The notes beneath the pieces are model-generated. The model saw nothing but the letters and a program-made list of their open reading frames with translations, did not search any database and had not been told where the DNA came from. This document shows, piece by piece, positions 60,709-64,000 of a stretch of DNA of 64,000 nt. Made by a program: the position numbers and the translations under genes. Within the stretch, counting starts at the first letter, position 1. Each line of letters opens with the position of its first letter. Origin of the DNA: Chloroflexota bacterium (GTDB lineage: Bacteria; Chloroflexota; Dehalococcoidia; Lucifugimonadales; UBA3495); NCBI GenBank assembly GCA_022562475.1, contig JADFPD010000001.1, positions 15,172 to 79,171 of the forward strand. Direction: 5' to 3'.

Positions 60709-61950
60709 CTACATATCCAATATCAACGTTGACCAGCCGAAGTCCCTGGCGCCCAAGCCCTCGGCGGTATAAGGATGGTAATACTCTCTGAATCCCGATT
60801 TTTCGATACACTCGTGACTCTTGGCCACGATGGTGTCGGCCAGTTCAGTGTAACCGTGACCGCGAAGGGCGTGGGACAAGAACCAATTGGTGTTGATCCA
60901 TGAGGGACCCCGCCAGATGAATCCCCTGGGATTTCCGGGCATGAACTTGGGGTCCGAGGCCGGAACGGACGGCAGCGGATAAGGGGTCCAAAAATGGTCG
61001 GGCGAAGACACCCAGTCATTCACCAACCGCTCCACGAATGGCCTGGGGAGGTCGTCCAATATCAGCGGCATCAAAGAGCTGATGGTCACAACCCGCACCG
61101 GCTTTTCAGCGACGCCTGAAAGGTCGAAGAAAGCACCTGCATCTTCGTCCCAGCACTTCTCCAGCAGGGCGTCTCGGGTGCGGCCGGCCTCGCGGTTGAA
61201 CTCTTCCGCCTGCGTAGAATCCCCGGAATCTCCCAGCAGGCGGGCCAGGGAGCGCATCCCCAAGGCGTAGATCGAATTCACCAACACGTCCTCGAAGTGG
61301 AAAAGGTCGGCGGCCAGTATCTTTTGGTCGTCGCCCCGCAGCGGCTCGTAGGCCCGGTAGATCTTTTTCAACGCTGCGATGAACCCTTGATTCGAAAGCT
61401 CGGTGAGCCCCAGGGCCTCATCGTACTTGGGAGAGCAGTCGGTCCCCGCTTCCTCAGGCTGAATGACCGCGATCAGACCGTCGTTGTCGGGGTCCCTGGT
61501 ATTCCGGAGCCAACGGTAGAAATCGACCAACACCGGCAGCGCCGCGTCCCGGAATTCCTCATCGCCGGTGGCCCGGTACACCCGTTCCACGGCGTAGGCG
61601 ATGATGGGCGGCTGCATGGTGGAACTGTAGTGGGGGTCGCCGGCCTGGCCGACGATATTCCGGCTCAGGAAATCAGGTTGTTTCTCCATCTCCCAGAAGA
61701 TGATGTGGGGCATGAAGCCGTTGGGCAGGGCGCCGCTCATCAACGTCCGAAGCTCGGCCTTGGCTTGGTCAGGGTCAAGGTGCAGCAGGGCAATGGCGTG
61801 GAAGCACGAGTCCCAGAACCACTGGAAGGGGTAACCGGTGAGGGAGGGGCAGACGAAGCTGTATGCTTTACCGTTCCAATCGGCCACGCCTTGGCGCAGA
61901 TTGGTCAGCAGTATCTTTCGTGCGCCTTCTTCCAGCGCTGCCCGGTCCAA
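60709..61950 (-). CDS. (alpha/alpha)6-barrel glycoside hydrolase, GH63/MGH1-like (glucosyl-/mannosylglycerate hydrolase-like)
   Basis: 413 aa, including YPFQWFWDSCFHAIAL...WRGPSWINTNWF...REYYHPYTAEGLGARDFGWST. Confidence 0.72.
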   Translation of the reverse strand: MDRAALEEGARKILLTNLRQGVADWNGKAYSFVCPSLTGYPFQWFWDSCFHAIALLHLDPDQAKAELRTLMSGALPNGFMPHIIFWEMEKQPDFLSRNIVGQAGDPHYSSTMQPPIIAYAVERVYRATGDEEFRDAALPVLVDFYRWLRNTRDPDNDGLIAVIQPEEAGTDCSPKYDEALGLTELSNQGFIAALKKIYRAYEPLRGDDQKILAADLFHFEDVLVNSIYALGMRSLARLLGDSGDSTQAEEFNREAGRTRDALLEKCWDEDAGAFFDLSGVAEKPVRVVTISSLMPLILDDLPRPFVERLVNDWVSSPDHFWTPYPLPSVPASDPKFMPGNPRGFIWRGPSWINTNWFLSHALRGHGYTELADTIVAKSHECIEKSGFREYYHPYTAEGLGARDFGWSTLILDM

Positions 61951-61966
61951 CGATTATTCCCTGGAA

Positions 61967-63163
61967 TCAGGCCGCGGGCCGGGATTGTTGGTAGACTTCC
62001 AGATACTTTTCGGCCACCACCGGCCAGGTGAACTCGGAAAGGGCGTACCGCTGTGCTTGTTGCCCCAACTCCCGGCGGGCTACGTCGTCGTTCACCAGCC
62101 GGACCAGTTCGTGGGCCGCGGCAGCCCCGTTGAACCTGGGGACCACCACCGCTCCTTGCGACAACACTTCCCGGTTGGCGCCGACGTCGTGGGTCAGCAC
62201 TGGGGCGCCATGGGCCATGGCTTCCAAAAACACCAGGCCAAAGGCCTCGTACCGGGAGAAGAGAGTGAAAAGGTCGGCTTCGGCGTACCATTCGTCCAAC
62301 TCGCTGTCCGAGACTTCACCAGTGACAATCACCTCTCCTTGAAGATTATTTTGGGCGATGAATCTCTCGATTCCGGCGGTGGCGCCCTCGTCCCGGCCTA
62401 CCAACACCAAACGAACCGGACGTTCAAACTCGGCGCGAGCCATCAGGTAAATATCGAGCAGCCAACGTTGGCCTTTATGGCTGCCCAAGCGACCGACGCA
62501 GAGTATGGTCAGGGGTCCGCTTTTCAGGCCGTCATCCGATCGCTGATCGTCATGGACCGTAGCAGGGGTGCATTTTTTGCCGATGGATGCACCCCAGCCG
62601 ATCACGCCCAATTTATCCTTGCCGGTGCGGTAGGCCCTGCGGACACTCTCCGCCTCGAGGCTGGTCAACGCCACCACGCGGTCGGCTTTGTGGCACAGAA
62701 AGGTGTTGATGGGCTTCAGCCACCATCTGGTGATCGGCAGAGTGTGGAAGGAAGGCGTGAACACGAACCGGGCTCGGCCCCGGTACCAGAACCACGCCCA
62801 GAAGTGGCCCCAGAACCAGCCGTCGCCCACGAAATGAATCACGTTGGGCTTGAATTCATCCAGATATCGCTTGATGCGCAGAGGCGAGAACCAGACCAGC
62901 GGGACAGAGTAGATCGGGAGCGACCGGCGGGGGAACCCGGAGAGACGGTAGATGGAGATACCCTCGGGGGTTGTCTCCCGGTCATCCCAGGTAGGTTCAG
63001 GACGCCGGGGGAAGGAGTACTTGGTGGTGAGTACGCCGACAGCTTCGACGGCGGCCGAACGTTGCATCTGGAACGAGAGCTGCTCGATCGCCCTCTCTAT
63101 ACCCCCCAAGTAAGGCCGGAAATATGGGGTCAGAAACAGAACGCGCAGTGGCGTGCTATCCAC
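61967..63163 (-). CDS. glycosyltransferase family 4
   Basis: The GT-B C-terminal motif is EAFGLVFLEAMAHGAPVL. The GTG start at 63163 has GGAGG 6 nt upstream and overlaps the purL stop by 8 nt. Confidence 0.85.
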   Translation of the reverse strand: MDSTPLRVLFLTPYFRPYLGGIERAIEQLSFQMQRSAAVEAVGVLTTKYSFPRRPEPTWDDRETTPEGISIYRLSGFPRRSLPIYSVPLVWFSPLRIKRYLDEFKPNVIHFVGDGWFWGHFWAWFWYRGRARFVFTPSFHTLPITRWWLKPINTFLCHKADRVVALTSLEAESVRRAYRTGKDKLGVIGWGASIGKKCTPATVHDDQRSDDGLKSGPLTILCVGRLGSHKGQRWLLDIYLMARAEFERPVRLVLVGRDEGATAGIERFIAQNNLQGEVIVTGEVSDSELDEWYAEADLFTLFSRYEAFGLVFLEAMAHGAPVLTHDVGANREVLSQGAVVVPRFNGAAAAHELVRLVNDDVARRELGQQAQRYALSEFTWPVVAEKYLEVYQQSRPAA

Positions 63164-64000
63164 TGGCTGCCTCCAGACCGTTGTTCCACGCATCCTTGAT
63201 CTGCGAGATGGGCAAGTCCACCTGCCCATTGAGCCGGAACCGGTCGCCGCTAGTATACCCCAGTTTCACGATAGGCACCCTGGCGCCTGAAGCCAGGCCA
63301 ACCAGGGCAACCCAACCATCCTCCGGCAGGCCGACGACGATGCGCGACTGCCGTTCCCCGAATAGAGTCACGTCCCAACGGCTCGCCACGGAAAACTCGC
63401 CGGTGAAGCCAACGCCGCCTTGGATGGAGCACTCGGCCAGCGTCACCGCCAGACCGCCCTCGGAGCAGTCATGGGCGGATGCGATCATGCCCTTTTCAAT
63501 GGCGCCGCGGCAGACCTGTTGCACCCGTTTCTCGAGGTCGATGTCTATCTTTGGGCTGCCTTCCACCCGCCCGTGGATGTGCTTCAGGTACTCGCTGCCG
63601 GCCAGGTCGTTAACTTCAACCCCATCGGTGTCGGCGCCCAACAAGCCGACCACCAGCCCTTCCCCAGCGAAAGCCGACCTGGTCGCCCAGCTAGCGTCTT
63701 CCAACAGGCCCAAGCCGCCCACCACCGGAGTGGGGAAGATCGCTTTTCCCCTGGACTCGTTATACAGGCTCACATTGCCGCTGACCACCGGCACTTCCAA
63801 GACCCGGCAGGCCTCTGCGATTCCCCGGATGCACTGCTCCAATTGGTGATAAACCTCGGGCCGCTCGGGACTGCCAAAATTCAGGCAGTCGGTCACCGCC
63901 AAAGGCAGCGCCCCGGAACAACTCAGGTTCCGGCAGACCTCGGCGACCACGATCTGGCCTCCCTGATAAGGGTCCAATTGACAGAGACGCCCGTTGCCGT
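63156..64000 (-). CDS. purL: phosphoribosylformylglycinamidine synthase subunit PurL, C-terminal part (gene continues beyond window end)
   Basis: AIR-synthase-related C-terminal domain: LAVTDCLNFGSPERPEV...VSGNVSLYNE...AHDCSEGGLAVTLAE. Confidence 0.92.
   Translation of the reverse strand, partial: GNGRLCQLDPYQGGQIVVAEVCRNLSCSGALPLAVTDCLNFGSPERPEVYHQLEQCIRGIAEACRVLEVPVVSGNVSLYNESRGKAIFPTPVVGGLGLLEDASWATRSAFAGEGLVVGLLGADTDGVEVNDLAGSEYLKHIHGRVEGSPKIDIDLEKRVQQVCRGAIEKGMIASAHDCSEGGLAVTLAECSIQGGVGFTGEFSVASRWDVTLFGERQSRIVVGLPEDGWVALVGLASGARVPIVKLGYTSGDRFRLNGQVDLPISQIKDAWNNGLEAASG

Noticed and set aside
61838-63199. 453-aa ORF on the plus strand (and 61297-62031)
   Set aside because: It is antisense to the GT4 and GH63-like genes. 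It has no motifs and a biased composition.

Overview
This is a 64-kb, GC-rich bacterial chromosomal segment that is almost fully coding on both strands. The gene content (alternative complex III, a T-box-led trp operon, a DinB/mycothiol-type enzyme, many SDR/MFS/CMD/VOC paralogs) and the palindromic intergenic repeat families suggest a Chloroflexota-like aerobic heterotroph; this is inference only. The window falls into seven blocks. (1) 1-12.6 kb holds housekeeping and oxidoreductase genes: RidA, nadE, a TPP enzyme with an Avi_7170/Avi_7169 CMD pair, MFS, FAH, SDR and a ROK kinase. (2) 12.6-25.8 kb is one minus-strand respiratory super-cluster: a small membrane protein, ACIII actA-B1-B2-C-F-D-E, ccmH-ccmF, two uncharacterized membrane proteins and a TlpA-type thioredoxin. 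(3) 26-32 kb is a putative aromatic/heterocycle catabolic island with two PuuE-like deacetylase paralogs, an HpaB-family monooxygenase, an MFS transporter and a DinB/MDMPI enzyme. (4) 32.07-32.57 kb is a redoxin gene with an in-frame TGA exactly at the CxxC cysteine position, a candidate selenoprotein that the ORF track misses. (5) 32.85-39.2 kb is a 1831-aa soluble histidine kinase built from nine tandem GAF modules, translationally coupled to an MBL-fold hydrolase. (6) 41.6-50.1 kb is a T-box(Trp)-led mosaic trp operon: MTase-trpE-VOC-trpG-[ParE TA]-trpD-[DUF4258/DUF2283]-trpC-trpF-trpB, with no trpA. (7) 50-64 kb is mixed metabolism plus a collagen-repeat/HExxH protein, a NYN-LOTUS protein, a GH63-like hydrolase, a GT4 glycosyltransferase and the 3' part of purL. 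I found no rRNA, tRNA, CRISPR array or transposase. Many long ORFs in the supplied track are antisense or alternate-frame artefacts of high GC, and several real genes start downstream of the track start or at GTG/TTG.
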